NCBI RefSeq assembly: GCF_001194135.2
Contig: NC_068988.1
Span: forward strand, 68,169,327 to 68,233,326
DNA: 64,000 nucleotides
Reading direction: 5' to 3'
Source of the DNA: Octopus bimaculoides
Taxonomy: Eukaryota
Made by a program: the position numbers and the translations under genes. The number at the start of each line of letters is the position of its first letter. Position 1 is the stretch's first letter. The notes beneath the pieces were generated by a model. That model saw only the letters and a list, made by a program, of their open reading frames with translations. It was not told the origin of the DNA and did not search any database. Below are positions 40,073 to 53,762 of this stretch, in pieces.

Positions 40073-40215
40073 GTTGAAATTTACAGAAAAACAAAAGACG
40101 AAAACAGGTGTATGAACAAAAACCAGGTGTGTTAGTTTGACGCTCGGGAAAGTGAGGAAGTCTTTTACGTTTTGAACTTCCGCTCTTCAACAGAAAGGAA
40201 TAAGAGAAAATAATC
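40073..40215 (-). mobile_element. Short hammerhead-bearing repeat, copy 4
   Basis: Reverse complement of 40162-40197: CTTT-CTGTTGA-AGAGC-ggaa-GTTC-AAAA-CGT-A-AAAG, followed by cgagcgtcaaactaacacacctg...ctgttttcgtctttt...CAACTA. Confidence 0.6.
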
Positions 40216-42574
40216 ACAGGAAGAATAAAAGACTTATGGATTTAGCAATCAGCGATCAAGTATGGCTACATATAGATTTTTATATTTGAGTGTATAATTA
40301 AGCGATTCCTGTTGGAGAACATGATAAGATATAAGAAATGTAAACAATAACTGAAGAGTTCTTATTCAGTTAATGAGGCGATCTTGTGTACCATATCGCA
40401 CATCTGCAAATGCGTGTATTAGACAGCACAGAAAAGGTGTAACGCTGTATATTTAATGTAAATTCAATACATTGGAATCGTTAGCCTTATGTTATTACAT
40501 ACACACAGGAGAAAAATTCCCCAGTACTTATTTTAAAATCAATTTTCTTAGTCTTCAATGATTTAAAACATAGTTTCTTCAGTCTCTGATCGGTTTGTGT
40601 ATGAGTGTGTGCGTATTTTATCTGAGTGAGTGACAGATGGTACGATTAAAAATTCACGGATATATTACACGTAAGTACGTACGCATGCTCAGATATGTAT
40701 ATATGTATGCATATAACTATATATTCATGTATGCGTATGTGTTGAAAGCATACACCCTTTAATTAGAATATTTTTCTATAGGGATATTTCTTCAAATATC
40801 AGTAATAGAAAATGTATTTATTCAAATATTTCCAAATATATTTTGTAAAACAAAAAAACAAACCGAAGTTTATTAAAATTTAAAACAATATCTGATTTGA
40901 AATATCGTTTTCACTCATATATTCATCAAATCCAGTTTGGAAGTTCAGTTATCTGATGACAATTCTTACTTTAACCATATTTTATTATTCAAACATCCTT
41001 CTTTATAATACATATTTTTAGAAATAATAAATTCATTAAATATCTTTATATCAAATATCGAAGTTTCAAGACGAAATTTTAAAGGCATATTGAATGAAAT
41101 TTCACATGCAAGATAACACGTGAGTTATCTTATAAAAATTAATTCCGATACAATACTCCAGCTATAAATTATGCAAAGAGGTTGTTTTATTATATCAATA
41201 CTAGCCCCTACAGTCCATCAATTTTTCCAAGAAAGTGGGTTATCCTGCAGAGATTTCTTTTATCTTTTTTTTTTTCTGAAACATCATCATAAAGAACACA
41301 ATGATGTCAAAAATAAAAAAAAAATGATATTCAAATAATGTCAAATTTATGCTCAATATCTTTCCCCATAATTCAATCCTACATTTCGAAATTAAGGTCA
41401 ACACCTCATTATACTTGTATTTTTATTCGGTGATAAAAGAGATGTAATGTTGGAGAGATGATAGATTCTGGTATAGAGTAACAACCATAAAAACAGCTTA
41501 TTGAACGCATGTCATTTCGATAGAAATCATTTCTTTAGATGACAGAATATTCTTTCTAGAAAATGGAACTTTCTCATGCAATCAGACAGTAATACGTTTA
41601 TCAGATAATGTCTTTATGACAGAAAAAAAAAAAACGTTTTCAATAAAATACAGCATAAAACATTTGTTTCAGATCTCAATTCTGTAGCACCATTAACAGA
41701 ATGTAAATATATGAATTTATTGAATTTCTGATAATCACATTAAATAGTTACATCGCTAACTTTTGCGATGAAAAGAATGTTATAGCTACATTATGGAGGT
41801 ATTTTTCACTATATTATCCAAACAGTATTGAATTACAAGTTGCAGGAGCTGAGAAAGCGATCTATTATTAGAGGTAGGAGTAAAAAGCAATGTTACAAAA
41901 TTGCAATGAAATATTAAGTAATAAAATAATTCTTCAAATAAATTCACTGATATCACAACGACAGAATAATTGTTACACACACTTGTTACTCATTGCACAT
42001 AAACCTAAATGTATAAATACATTTGTAGTTGTAACATATCTATATATTTTGTTTTATTAATAATTTAATTTTCACGTTCGAAAACAACAAAGAAGTATTA
42101 ATGATTATGTCATGTTTGGGGAAATAATTCATGAATACACACCCGTATCGACATTACTGAAATCCATTTAACTGAAGTTGATTATTTTCACAAAGAGACC
42201 ATGATAGAAAATACAAGTGAAGCGTGCCATATTTTTATTATTTCATAGTTCGTAAAACGAGCTTTTCGAGTATTGGTCATCGACAGGGAATTATAAATCA
42301 TTATATATGTTCTTACATTCATACACACGCACAATTATAAATACATGGACACATACATATATACATATATATGTGTGTAGTTCCCTTAGACCCTCATGTC
42401 ATCGATAGAATGGCCAGGATACACCCCTATTAACTTCATAAGGTCGTCCTACTTCAAGTCTGACCTCAGTGAATTTCTTGCAGAAGAAAGCAGAGAAATT
42501 GAAGATAAGACAAAAATAGATTTCAAATCTTAACATTCCTCTAGCTGTTACGCCAGGACTCGTCTTTCTAATCA

Positions 42575-42731
42575 GTGCATGGCTGTGTGGTAGGTAGCTT
42601 GCCCACCAACCACATGGTTCCAGGTTCAATCCTACTGCGTGGCACCTTGGGCAAGTGTCTTCTACTATAGCCTCGGGCCGACCAAAGCCTTGTGAGTGGA
42701 TTTGGTAGACGGAAACTGAAAGAAGCCCGTC

Positions 42732-42789
<58 letters not shown>

Positions 42790-42964
42790 ATGCTTGTGTG
42801 TCTGTGTTTGTCCCCGTAACTTAGCGGTTCGGCAAAAGAGACCGATAGAATAAGTACTAGGCATCCAAAGAAAAAGTCCTGGGGTCGATTTGCTCGACTA
42901 AAGCCGGTGCTCCAGCATGGCTGCAGTCAAATAACTGAAACAAGTAAAAGAGAGTAAAAGAGAG
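42575..42964 (+). mobile_element. Full-length tRNA-derived SINE (family 2) with CORE-like block, internal microsatellite and LINE-type tail
   Basis: A-box tggctgtgtgg, B-box ggttcaatcc, ccttgggcaagtg block, internal (TA)n(TG)n, and tail ggtgctccagcatggctgcagtcaaataactgaaacaagtaaaagagagtaaaagagag. Confidence 0.85.
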
Positions 42965-42997
<33 letters not shown>

Positions 42998-45702
42998 GTA
43001 TATATGTATATATATATATATATATAACAATTAGAACATGGAGGATAATATGCTGAACCCAACTACTTGCAGACAATGTATCCCGTTGAGTTCATTAATT
43101 TAATTCATAGCAAAAGTGACAAAAAAGGAGAAAGAAAAAGAAAGAAAGAACCAAAGCGCAGGTGTCTATGGCAGATTATGTTATTTTGCCAACCCGGTTT
43201 ACATATAGAAGTACAAAGTACATAAGGAATTAGAGGATAAACAGAAGTTTAATCTTACAGCTGTTTCGGTCTAGTTTTAGCAAGCGCCATTCTATCCGAA
43301 TATTTCTTGCCGGAGTGATTATCGGATGACATTTTGAAATGGGGTTACATGCCCGAACCGNNNNNNNNNNNNNNNNNNNNNNNNNNNNNNNNNNNNNNNN
43401 NNNNNNNNNNNNNNNNNNNNNNNNNNNNNNNNNNNNNNNNNNNNNNNNNNNNNNNNNNNNNNNNNNNNNNNNNNNNNNNNNNNNNNNNNNNNNNNNNNNN
43501 NNNNNNNNNNNNNNNNNNNNNNNNNNNNNNNNNNNNNNNNNNNNNNNNNNNNNNNNNNNNNNNNNNNNNNNNNNNNNNNNNNNNNNNNNNNNNNNNNNNN
43601 NNNNNNNNNNNNNNNNNNNNNNNNNNNNNNNNNNNNNNNNNNNNNNNNNNNNNNNNNNNNNNNNNNNNNNNNNNNNNNNNNNNNNNNNNNNNNNNNNNNN
43701 NNNNNNNNNNNNNNNNNNNNNNNNNNNNNNNNNNNNNNNNNNNNNNNNNNNNNNNNNNNNNNNNNNNNNNNNNNNNNNNNNNNNNNNNNNNNNNNNNNNN
43801 NNNNNNNNNNNNNNNNNNNNNNNNNNNNNNNNNNNNNNNNNNNNNNNNNNNNNNNNNNNNNNNNNNNNNNNNNNNNNNNNNNNNNNNNNNNNNNNNNNNN
43901 NNNNNNNNNNNNNNNNNNNNNNNNNNNNCTATGTAGAAGTTCATTTTATACAAGTTATTAATGTTCTAGTAGCAATAACAGCGATGATGACGATGATGGT
44001 GACAACAACAACAACAATAATAACAACAACAACAACAACAACAACAATATGCCAAACTTTCAAACTTTGCGGTGTAGGATCTCCTGCTGCTTCTTCCAAC
44101 GGATCTACCATTCTGCTGCTAATGAGGGAGGGTTAATTACTACCGTTAACTTCCCTCATTCCAATTGGGCAACTATTGTTTTAAACTGCCTACGCTTAGC
44201 TACGGTTGGATAGCCACTGGCCGGTCAAGATGCTAGCTTGCCTGCGCACATCCCCACACACACACACACGCACGCGTGCTATGTATATCTCCCCGTACTC
44301 ACGCTAATGCGTGCGTGTATGTATATACACATGTATGCGCGCAGCCACACATCTCAAGTGATGTGTGGCATATATACATATATGCATATATGTATTATTT
44401 ATACTCACAGACATAAATATATACACATACATATACATATACCCAGCTGCGAAATGTCTCCAGCGTTGCCACACGTATGCAAGAGGGTTTTGGTTCCAAG
44501 CAGGACTAAAATCTTCTCGCGTACTACAGATCGAATTTTGATTTCCATCTCTCACTCATTTATATATATTTACGTTTCATTAATGGTGAATATATCTTCA
44601 CACACGGTTACTCAGAGTTTCATGTGACCGTTCGTCCATCCAACGGTAATGTGAAACTGAACATCAGTTCGTGAAAATGTTTTGGGCAGTAATCATTACT
44701 CTACTTATGGTCTTCTAGTACAATGTCTTGTGTTTGTATTCTTATATCATCGATGAACGGTTAACATTGAAGGAATTGATCTGGCACCCACGGCAGTCTG
44801 AACTGTTGGTTATGATAAAATTCTATTTGTCGCCGATAGATTTTGCAGCAAAGAATGCTCTATCGCTATCATCCCTTCTGTTTCTGTCCCACTATAATTC
44901 CCTATATCTCTACTCTATCTCCCACGTCCTTTTCCATCAGAATAAATCAATACGATCTTACGGATAGTCAATACAACAGCATTAAAATATTGCGCAAGAA
45001 TGTGTGGCAATTTGTATTAGCGCAGTGTTGAAGAGAAGGCTTTTAAAACGAGTAATAATATTTGAAATAGAAACACGAGAGGTTTCTAGAAGTTATTTAT
45101 GCAAGAGATAATGCAATATATTGCCTTTTTTGTAATGTGAATAACAGCTCAATGAGAATGCGAGTCGCAAATGCAAATATGAATAACAGAGTGAACACTC
45201 ACATGTTCTTTTACGTTATTATTTACAATTTACTGGCATACATAATTTGGCTAATAACGAAAATTTAGATTGATTATATTATAAATTACAGAGTTGTTCC
45301 CATAGTGAATGCACACACAAACAACATCCACACACACACACGCACCGAGAATACGACTGCTATAGATGTGCGAAGATCATAGTACCCTTCACACAAAAAC
45401 TTGACAGCATGTTAGTGAGTCTTCATAACTGTATCATTCAATAAACAAAGTCGTCTCTTTCAAAATATATTGATGCCTAACTCCATTATCGACGCACCAG
45501 GTTTGTCTATGTATGTACGTTTGTGATTTCATGGCTGTGGAACTGTTTGTGTGTTTATGATGGCGTCGAGGACTTCAGAATCAGCGTTCCTATCTAGAGA
45601 ATATTTAGATGTACCAACTTTTTTCGAACATAAATGACATGTTAATATAGGCTGTATGAATATACGTATGTATATGTAAGATAATGATAGAATTATGTGC
45701 CT

Positions 45703-45757
<55 letters not shown>

Positions 45758-45951
45758 NNNNNNNNNNCACACACACATATATATATATATATATAATCCA
45801 AGAAAGTTAGGGGTTGTGAATCCAACCCATTAATGGTTAATATCTTAACAATATATTGCCGGAAGGGTTGAAAAATAAACAGGTTAATTGACATATTACA
45901 ATGTCAGCAAGTTGATTAGTACCACATATTCCCTTCCATTTTCTTATTGCT

Positions 45952-45998
<47 letters not shown>

Positions 45999-48588
45999 CA
46001 AACACACATACACTTCAGTAGATGCATCCATACACACACACACACACACACACATATGTGTGTATATACATATACATACATAAGATACAACTACTGCATT
46101 TTGCAGTATTTCTTTGAATTGTTTGTATTCATAACTTTAAGGCATTATGGATCCGAAACCTTCCGTGACCTCTCACTGAATTCTGTAAAGCTTAGTTGCA
46201 GCGATTAGTTTCCAAGGTTGATTTCAGGGACTCGGAACGTGTTGGTCAAAGGGACTGTTTTGCCCCTCCTCCTGCAAGTCCTTGTAAATAAGTGAGCTTC
46301 GTAAAGTACCTAAGAACAATGTTTTTTTTGTAAAAGTTCCAATTTAAGATACTGTATTTCAATCTCGTTCTCTTGACTCAGCATTGAACAAAAACTGAAA
46401 CACTGCCGTGACCTTTGTTACACACACACACACACACACACACCCATACACACGTCAAATCAAATATAAAACACCGTTTCTCCAGCGTGGTAAGTAGTAA
46501 TTTCTTATCGCCAATTTATTACCTCATTGCTTTCTCTAATCATGAAAATTTATAAAAACATTTTTGTGAATAAATAAACCACATTCTTCTCTGTATTATG
46601 TGGTAAAAGGACATAACGCACATATTTCTTTAAGCTTCAGCCTGTTTTGGTATTCGAAAGTTATATTGCATGATGTAGTTCTCATTTTACACGTAGACGA
46701 GATGGTTGTAGCTAGTATTCATTTGATTTTACAACTTAAATTTGATCCAGGTTTATACAATATATTTATATCACATCACAATAGTTTTTCAGATTTCATA
46801 GTTAGGAACTTAATATATATTTTAGTGATGGTATCAGTTTAATGATAGGAATAATAGTATAGTTCTGGAAAATAATCTGATGTCGATTAATTATTGTAGG
46901 TACTCGGCTATCATAAATTAAGTGAAATCATTGCTGTCCTGCAGTTGAATGATATCTAATAAAATATTTCACATGCCAATAAAACATTTCAAATAGAAAA
47001 GTATTTCAGTTTCCATTAAGATCTTGCATATGCCAACATTTCAATGCCAATATCTATCTTCAATATAAAATGCTATCTTCATATAAGTCTGTATTACTTG
47101 TCAGGTATCACACAAGAGATATACGGTACAGGCACGTCAAGATTAATATAGTAGTAAGTATTACAGAAAGACTTCATCCATGTTTAAAAGAAATCCTCAT
47201 TCGTATATGATAGTTATTTGAAAAGATTGGTGAAATACTTTATGTGAAACACCTAGTTTCCATCCATGTCTATGTAAATATGCATGATGACGTCCACAGG
47301 CCCTGCCCGTTCTCATTCATGTGAGGTAAACTCCAGTTTTCTATTCAGTTTGATATTATACTTAGTTTTTAATCCATTTTATTGTTTTACTTTTACATGG
47401 TGAAATACTGATGAACCTTAGAGTTGTGTCAAACATTAGCAACAGTGAAACATTGTTATAATTATATTCAAAATGGTTGTTTACTTGTAACAAATTTGCC
47501 ATTTGCTCACACTATTCATGTGATAGAACACCCGCTCTGCCTCATACCCACGCATATGAAATATAAGTATGTTTTTTTTTATAGTTATTTATTGCAAGTT
47601 ATTTGAAGTCATTTCCAATATATACTGTGAAGTGTGTGAAAGGGTGAAGCTAAACTATTAATTTTCAATAACCTGTCAAAACGTGTATCAGCACCAAAGT
47701 AAAACAGAGATCAGTTAAAACAAAAATTTTATATTATTATTTCAGTATCATAAATCGATTAGTCAATCCTTACTTTGCTACGAATTAATAACTTATACAA
47801 TCAGTTAACTAGGAATTAATTTGTATGTCTAGATCTAGGAAAGCATTAAATATCTAATATTGATTTTCGTACAGCTAATTCCTTTCATATCATCAATTTA
47901 TATCTTCCTAATGGCCAGATCATTGGTTCATTGCAGTGACACGAAGAGTATGTCCGTACACCTCGAGCAGAATCAATACTTCACTGGATATATTTATTCA
48001 AAGTATATNNNNNNNNNNNNNNNNNNNNNNNNNNNNNNNNNNNNNNNNNNNNNNNNNNNNNNNNNNNNNNNNNNNNNNNNNNNNNNNNNNNNNNNNNNNN
48101 NNNNNNNNNNNNNNNNNNNNNNNNNNNNNNNNNNNNNNNNNNNNNNNNNNNNNNNNNNNNNNNNNNNNNNNNNNNNNNNNNNNNNNNNNNNNNNNNNNNN
48201 NNNNNNNNNNNNNNNNNNNNNNNNNNNNNNNNNNNNNNNNNNNNNNNNNNNNNNNNNNNNNNNNNNNNNNNNNNNNNNNNNNNNNNNNNNNNNNNNNNNN
48301 NNNNNNNNNNNNNNNNNNNNNNNNNNNNNNNNNNNNNNNNNNNNNNNNNNNNNNNNNNNNNNNNNNNNNNNNNNNNNNNNNNNNNNNNNNNNNNNNNNNN
48401 NNNNNNNNNNNNNNNNNNNNNNNNNNNNNNNNNNNNNNNNNNNNNNNNNNNNNNNNNNNNNNNNNNNNNNNNNNNNNNNNNNNNNNNNNNNNNNNNNNNN
48501 NNNNNNNNNNNNNNNNNNNNNNNNNNNNNNNNNNNNNNNNNNNNNNNNNNNNNNNNNNNNNNNNNNNNNNNNNNNNNNNNNNNNNNNN

Positions 48589-48619
<31 letters not shown>

Positions 48620-48654
48620 ATTTATTTAAAAATCGTATACAGCTCAAAGATGTA

Positions 48655-48815
48655 GTAATGCTGGGGCACCGCCGTTTTGTTGTAGTATTATTATTCAGGG
48701 CCTCTTTTGATATGTGGCATTTGGTGAAGGAGCGAGTTTGATATCGTTGCCCTCATTTTCGCCTCTTGTCGTGAGGTTGGTTCATTTGAGCTCTCGACAG
48801 GAAGAGATCTAGGTT
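48655..48815 (-). mobile_element. CR1-group LINE extreme 3' end
   Basis: NEPTSRQEAKMRATISNSLLHQMPHIK aligns with DEPMARNETQLRAAMSNSPIHQMCHQK of the 16.3-17.9 kb copy; ends ggcggtgccccagca. Confidence 0.75.
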
Positions 48816-48834
48816 TACCTTAAAAACATATATT

Positions 48835-49080
48835 TGGCCGATATCCTGATTTAATGTGGAAGGCAAGATCCTTATGGGAATTCTCTCGAGGGAAGCAGTG
48901 GCATAATTACAGAGTAACGTGTATGTTAGTGAATATATTCAAAAGGTCGGAATCTCCGAGATCCCTGGATGCGTTGAACACTAATTTTTGATTTAAAAAG
49001 CAATCCACGTTGACAAACAGAACAAGAGAAATCTGAACGTGGTATGGCTTGACCTAACTAATGCATATGACACTGCCACA
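48835..49080 (+). mobile_element. HERO-like (RLE-type non-LTR) RT fragment
   Basis: Single frame with stops: WPIS*FNVEGKILMGIL...YIQKVGISEIPGCVEH...NLNVVWLDLTNAYD. Confidence 0.7.
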
Positions 49081-49101
49081 CGAATATATATATATATATA
49101 T

Positions 49102-49144
<43 letters not shown>

Positions 49145-49328
49145 TACTCACGTATATACACACACACACACACATATATCTACATAAATACATATACATA
49201 CATACATACACACATATATATATTGTTGTATTAATCCTATGGGTGTGTTTTCATTGGCTAAACTGGCAATATGACCACCCGCAAATACATCTGTTTCAAC
49301 ACATGATTTCACATCAAAAATCTTGCAA

Positions 49329-49375
<47 letters not shown>

Positions 49376-50056
49376 GCATACATACATTAATATGTATTTG
49401 AATGTATTTGAATATTTATGAATTAGAAATTACTTAAAATTTATTTTATTTATACATCACTGTATTTCCAGTTAATGAAGATTTTCGAATTTTTCAAGAG
49501 TGCCTACTTTCGCTCGTTTAATTAGTTACTCTCCGGGTTCTCTAAAACAGTTATCCCGTCGAGCAAATTATATTGGAATTATAATTGAATGATTCGATGA
49601 AGGTAGTACTCTTTTTTTTTTCGTTAAAACCTGTTAGTAAATCCCACTCTTAAATGTTAGATTATCATAATTACTATGTAAATTAGAAGACTGTATGTAA
49701 TATAATATAATGGGATATCTACTGATTTTATTGAGTATGTGCCGAAATATCAGGTTATTCAGTAATTTAATTATATAAGCAGCTTCAAATGCAAATGTCA
49801 CAATATCAGAAGCTGCTTACATAATCAAAATAAGTAAATATTCATAATTAAAATATGTAAATATTCATATCTTGTTAAATTAAAGTCCTTTCAGCATATA
49901 TTATGTAAGAACCTTAAAATAACAGCATATCAATATTTATCTGCCTTAATTGTATAAGATCAGGACAGAATAAAATTTCTGAATGGAACATTTTTAGGTA
50001 TATATATATATATATATTAAAATCCATTCGTCTGATTCATCTCCGAATGAGACTAT

Positions 50057-50240
50057 AAGGCGGCAAGCTGGATCAAACGTCAGTACGTTGGGCACAGTGC
50101 TTAACGGCAATTCGTCGGTCTTTACATTATTGGTTCAAATTTTGCCGTGGTCAACTTAACCATTCACCATTTTGAGGTCGATGAAATAAGTACCAGCCTA
50201 TTCCCTCTCCCATCAAAATCTATTGGCCTTGAAACCATGA
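50057..50240 (+). mobile_element. SINE family 1 degenerate copy
   Basis: aaggcggcaagctgg head, ggttcaaattttgccgtggtcaac, gaggtcgatgaaataagtaccag. Confidence 0.75.
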
Positions 50241-50568
50241 TTGTATTATGTTATGTCTATACTTCCATATTGTATTGAATAGTCTCTGATTTCTTGCACA
50301 CTGAATAACGGTGAACATTCCTTTATCGATGCATTATTTGCTACCTGACTGAAATGTTTAGTCTGTTGATTTGCGTCATAATGTTTAACAATCAATAATA
50401 ATGGGTGTATTTGACCTTGTTCTGTTCAATATATCACCATCAAATTTACATATACACGTGTGCATATGTGTGTATGTATGTATGTGTATATACACACATA
50501 CGCACACACACACACACACATCTCAGTTCGATAAACAGGTGAGTAAACATTCTTTTCATCATAATGTT

Positions 50569-50726
50569 TCTTCTTCTTCTTCTTCTTCTTCTTCTTCTTC
50601 TTCTTCTTCTTCTTCTCCTTCTTCTTCTTCTTCTTCTTCTTCTTCTCCTTCTTCTTCTTCTTCTTCTTCTTCTTCTTCTTCTTCTTCTTCTTCTTCTTCT
50701 TCTTCTTCTTCTTCTTCTTCTTCTTC
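50569..50726. repeat. (CTT)n microsatellite
   Basis: Visible; source of the poly-Ser pseudo-ORF. Confidence 0.97.
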
Positions 50727-53394
50727 GTTAGTGTTGTGTGAAATTATAAGTTGTCATTAAACGCATCCAAAGTCTCGGTTATTTTATCTATATATATTAC
50801 ATTTCGATACTCGTAAATGTTACTCTACTACTCAACGAAAAGCTAATCGGCAAGGTGTGGTTTCCGGAATATTCGATCGTTTTTTTTCTTTTCTTGGGCG
50901 AAGACAATATAGACATTCAAGAATATAGTTAAAGGATGCAAAATCTATAATTGTCGTGTGCATTGTCCATCCTTGGGTATTCCATCGTTAGGCTTTAAAC
51001 AAAACGTCGTGTAAAGATCTAATCTCTACTTAAAGACAGGAGGAAACATCTACAGTGGTTACTGTTAGTAACATTATTAGATTTATTTTCCTAATTCTGA
51101 GATGATTTGAATGTCATTGACCTCCGATAACTGTTTAGAGGCTCGAAAAATGAACTTTTTGACATTATCAACATCATTCTACAGCCACTTATTCTTTTCG
51201 ATTAATAAACCAAAGAATTTATGCGTATCAAAACAGAATGAAGATTAAAAAACAAAATTTCATTATAAAAGAATCAGAACGGGTTTTTTGTTTTCCTCTA
51301 TTCTTTCATCGAGAAAATGAAGCTGCGTTATCAGATCCCATTTCTTGCTTTTTGCATATTTAAGCCAGAAATGTCCAAGTGAGTGCGTTTAAGGGGAAAT
51401 TGTGAAAATTCTGGATGTAATATATATTTATTTTTTATGTTGAGGATATTGGGCACAGACATTTTCACCAGAAGTTGCAATAAGATGAAAGCGAACCCTT
51501 TATCGGATATTGAAAATGTTTACTTCTTTTTGTCCGTTTCAGTTTTCATAGTTAGAATTTGGTTTGTGATAGCAGGAAAATTAAATGTTTCTGTTAACAA
51601 AGAATAGATTGTAAGATTTTCTATAGTGAATCTTATTAAACCCTTATTCAATTGGGGGAAAAACACTGGAATTTTTAATCTCCATGTATATATTTTACGC
51701 ATTCTTTTATCCGTTAATTGGTTTCACTCATTGGGTTTCCTTATGCCGAGGCACAGCCGTCAAGGATGTTAGTCGATAATATCTACCCTAGGAGTTTTAT
51801 TTCTTCGTACCATAAAATCTTCAGAAATATTCCTGTCGAATTCCCCACATATGATAATGTAGTTTCTTATACTAATATCTTATACAAAAATGCATGTGAA
51901 AAAAAATTACATACCGTAAATGTGTCTCCCTAAATAGTTTAACATGTAAACAATCCAGCAAATCATGTGTAAATGCAGATCAACACACTTTGGCCTACAA
52001 ACGCAAATATATGCTCAGGAGCCACAAGCATACAAGGCACTCGATATCTGTAACTTTATAATTTAACCAAAATACATCTTTCAAAAATAATATATATGCA
52101 AGTATCCATACAGAGAATAGACTAGAAAATACTATTAAATATTCATATCAGTCTTGAATTTCAATTCTTACACTTTTAAAACACACAGTTTATTTTACCG
52201 AATGGAAATCAAATACCAACTCCTGCAAGAGAACATCTGTTGAGCATTTCCCGGGTGACTAATTCAACTACAAAAATACTTTTGTGAATCCTGAGGCACA
52301 ACTTTCTTGCAATGAATCTCATGACATGCATCTGACATTCCTAAGCTAAACGCATCTGTTTAGAATGTTATTTTCACGCTTAGCTGAACTCTAAGCAATA
52401 ATAGAAAGACCCCCTTCGAACAAGACAAAATTTTCCAAAAATAAATTTCTATCAACTGTCAACTTCAAAACATAATTTTCTCCTGTCCTCTGTTATCTTA
52501 CTTTTTATATATTTTCACCCAACTTATACGAACACCAAGCCTGATTATCATTTCACTTTCCTCCACTTACTCCACATACCTTAGAAAGAAATTTCCAAAG
52601 ATAATAAATGCTGAAATGATCCCAATTGCAGTGATGTCTGACAGTGGCTAGCAGGGTGAAACTTTGAAGTCACTATCAGCCCAATTCTTGTAACAGTCTA
52701 ATAAACATGTAATCTATTTAAAAGTATTGAGTAATTCTTCAGTTTAATGTGCAATTGTTTTATATAATACTTTGCATAAACACATATACGCACACACACG
52801 CATATGCATTCACACCACACATATATACATAGACACATACATAAAATGATTCATTCGTACACATACATATTCATCTGTGTCTGTAAAAGACTACACTGTC
52901 TAATGTCATTCAAAGTTTCAGAACGGAAGTAAAATTTGCTACTATTTCGGATTTAGCGACCACATCTTTCTCTTGTTGATACTTTAATTTTATTGAGTGT
53001 GAAAAGTATGAAGCTACTTGGACGAGATGATTAAGAGAGAAAACGTTATACCATTTTCCAAAATAGATTTAAGTGTTCTGAGATTTTTTTTCAATCGATA
53101 TATTATATTCCTGTCTGGTTAATGTTGCTTAGCAGTAGTTGCAATCTAATTGAGTAGAGCGTTGATCAAAGTCTTAGCACAGCGTCTGTCCATTTTTACT
53201 TTCAGGTATATCCTACCCCAGACTAAAGTACTTAGTTGATATATGTAGTGGGTTTTTGACTACAGACAACCATATTTCTTTGTTTCGTTTCCTGCATAGT
53301 AGTACTTGACTTTTATCCAGAGGTGAAGTGAAGCCTATACGTAAAATTTCGTGTCACATGATCGACAGGTTTCATAATAAGATGCTGATAAAAG

Positions 53395-53663
53395 GTTGTG
53401 ACCAGGCAGAACAGTTAGGACACCAGACAAATGTTTTAGTGGCATTTCGGCAAATGTCACGGTGATTGATTTTGACTTTCATCCTTTCGTGATTGATAAA
53501 ATAGGTACCAGCCGAGCAGTGGGGTCGATGCAATCCGCTTACCTCTTCCCTGTACGGACGAAAGGCAAAGTCAACCTTGGCGAAATTCGCTCTCAGAACG
53601 TAATGGAGGACGAAATGTCACCAAGCATTTGGTACGGCATGCTAACGGTTCTACTAGTTTCAC
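53395..53663. mobile_element. Two SINE family 1 copies in convergent orientation (+ 53395-53550; - 53552-53663)
   Basis: Plus copy: ggcagaacagttagg...gactttcatcctttcg...ggggtcgatg. Minus copy: ggacgaaaggcaaagtcaaccttggcg...ctcagaacgtaa...gctaacggttct. Confidence 0.7.
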
Positions 53664-53685
53664 TACTACTACTACTACTACTACT

Positions 53686-53729
<44 letters not shown>

Positions 53730-53762
53730 AACCACCACCACCACCACCACCACCACCACCAC
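53662..53762. repeat. Compound trinucleotide microsatellite (CTA)n(CGA)n(CCA)n
   Basis: Visible; source of the poly-V, poly-R, poly-P and poly-G pseudo-ORFs. Confidence 0.95.

Noticed and set aside
50527-50545. Possible 12-nt microexon (ag-TTCGATAAACAG-gtgagt)
   Set aside because: The donor is strong but the acceptor sits on a (CA)n tract without a pyrimidine run, and there is no gene context to support it.
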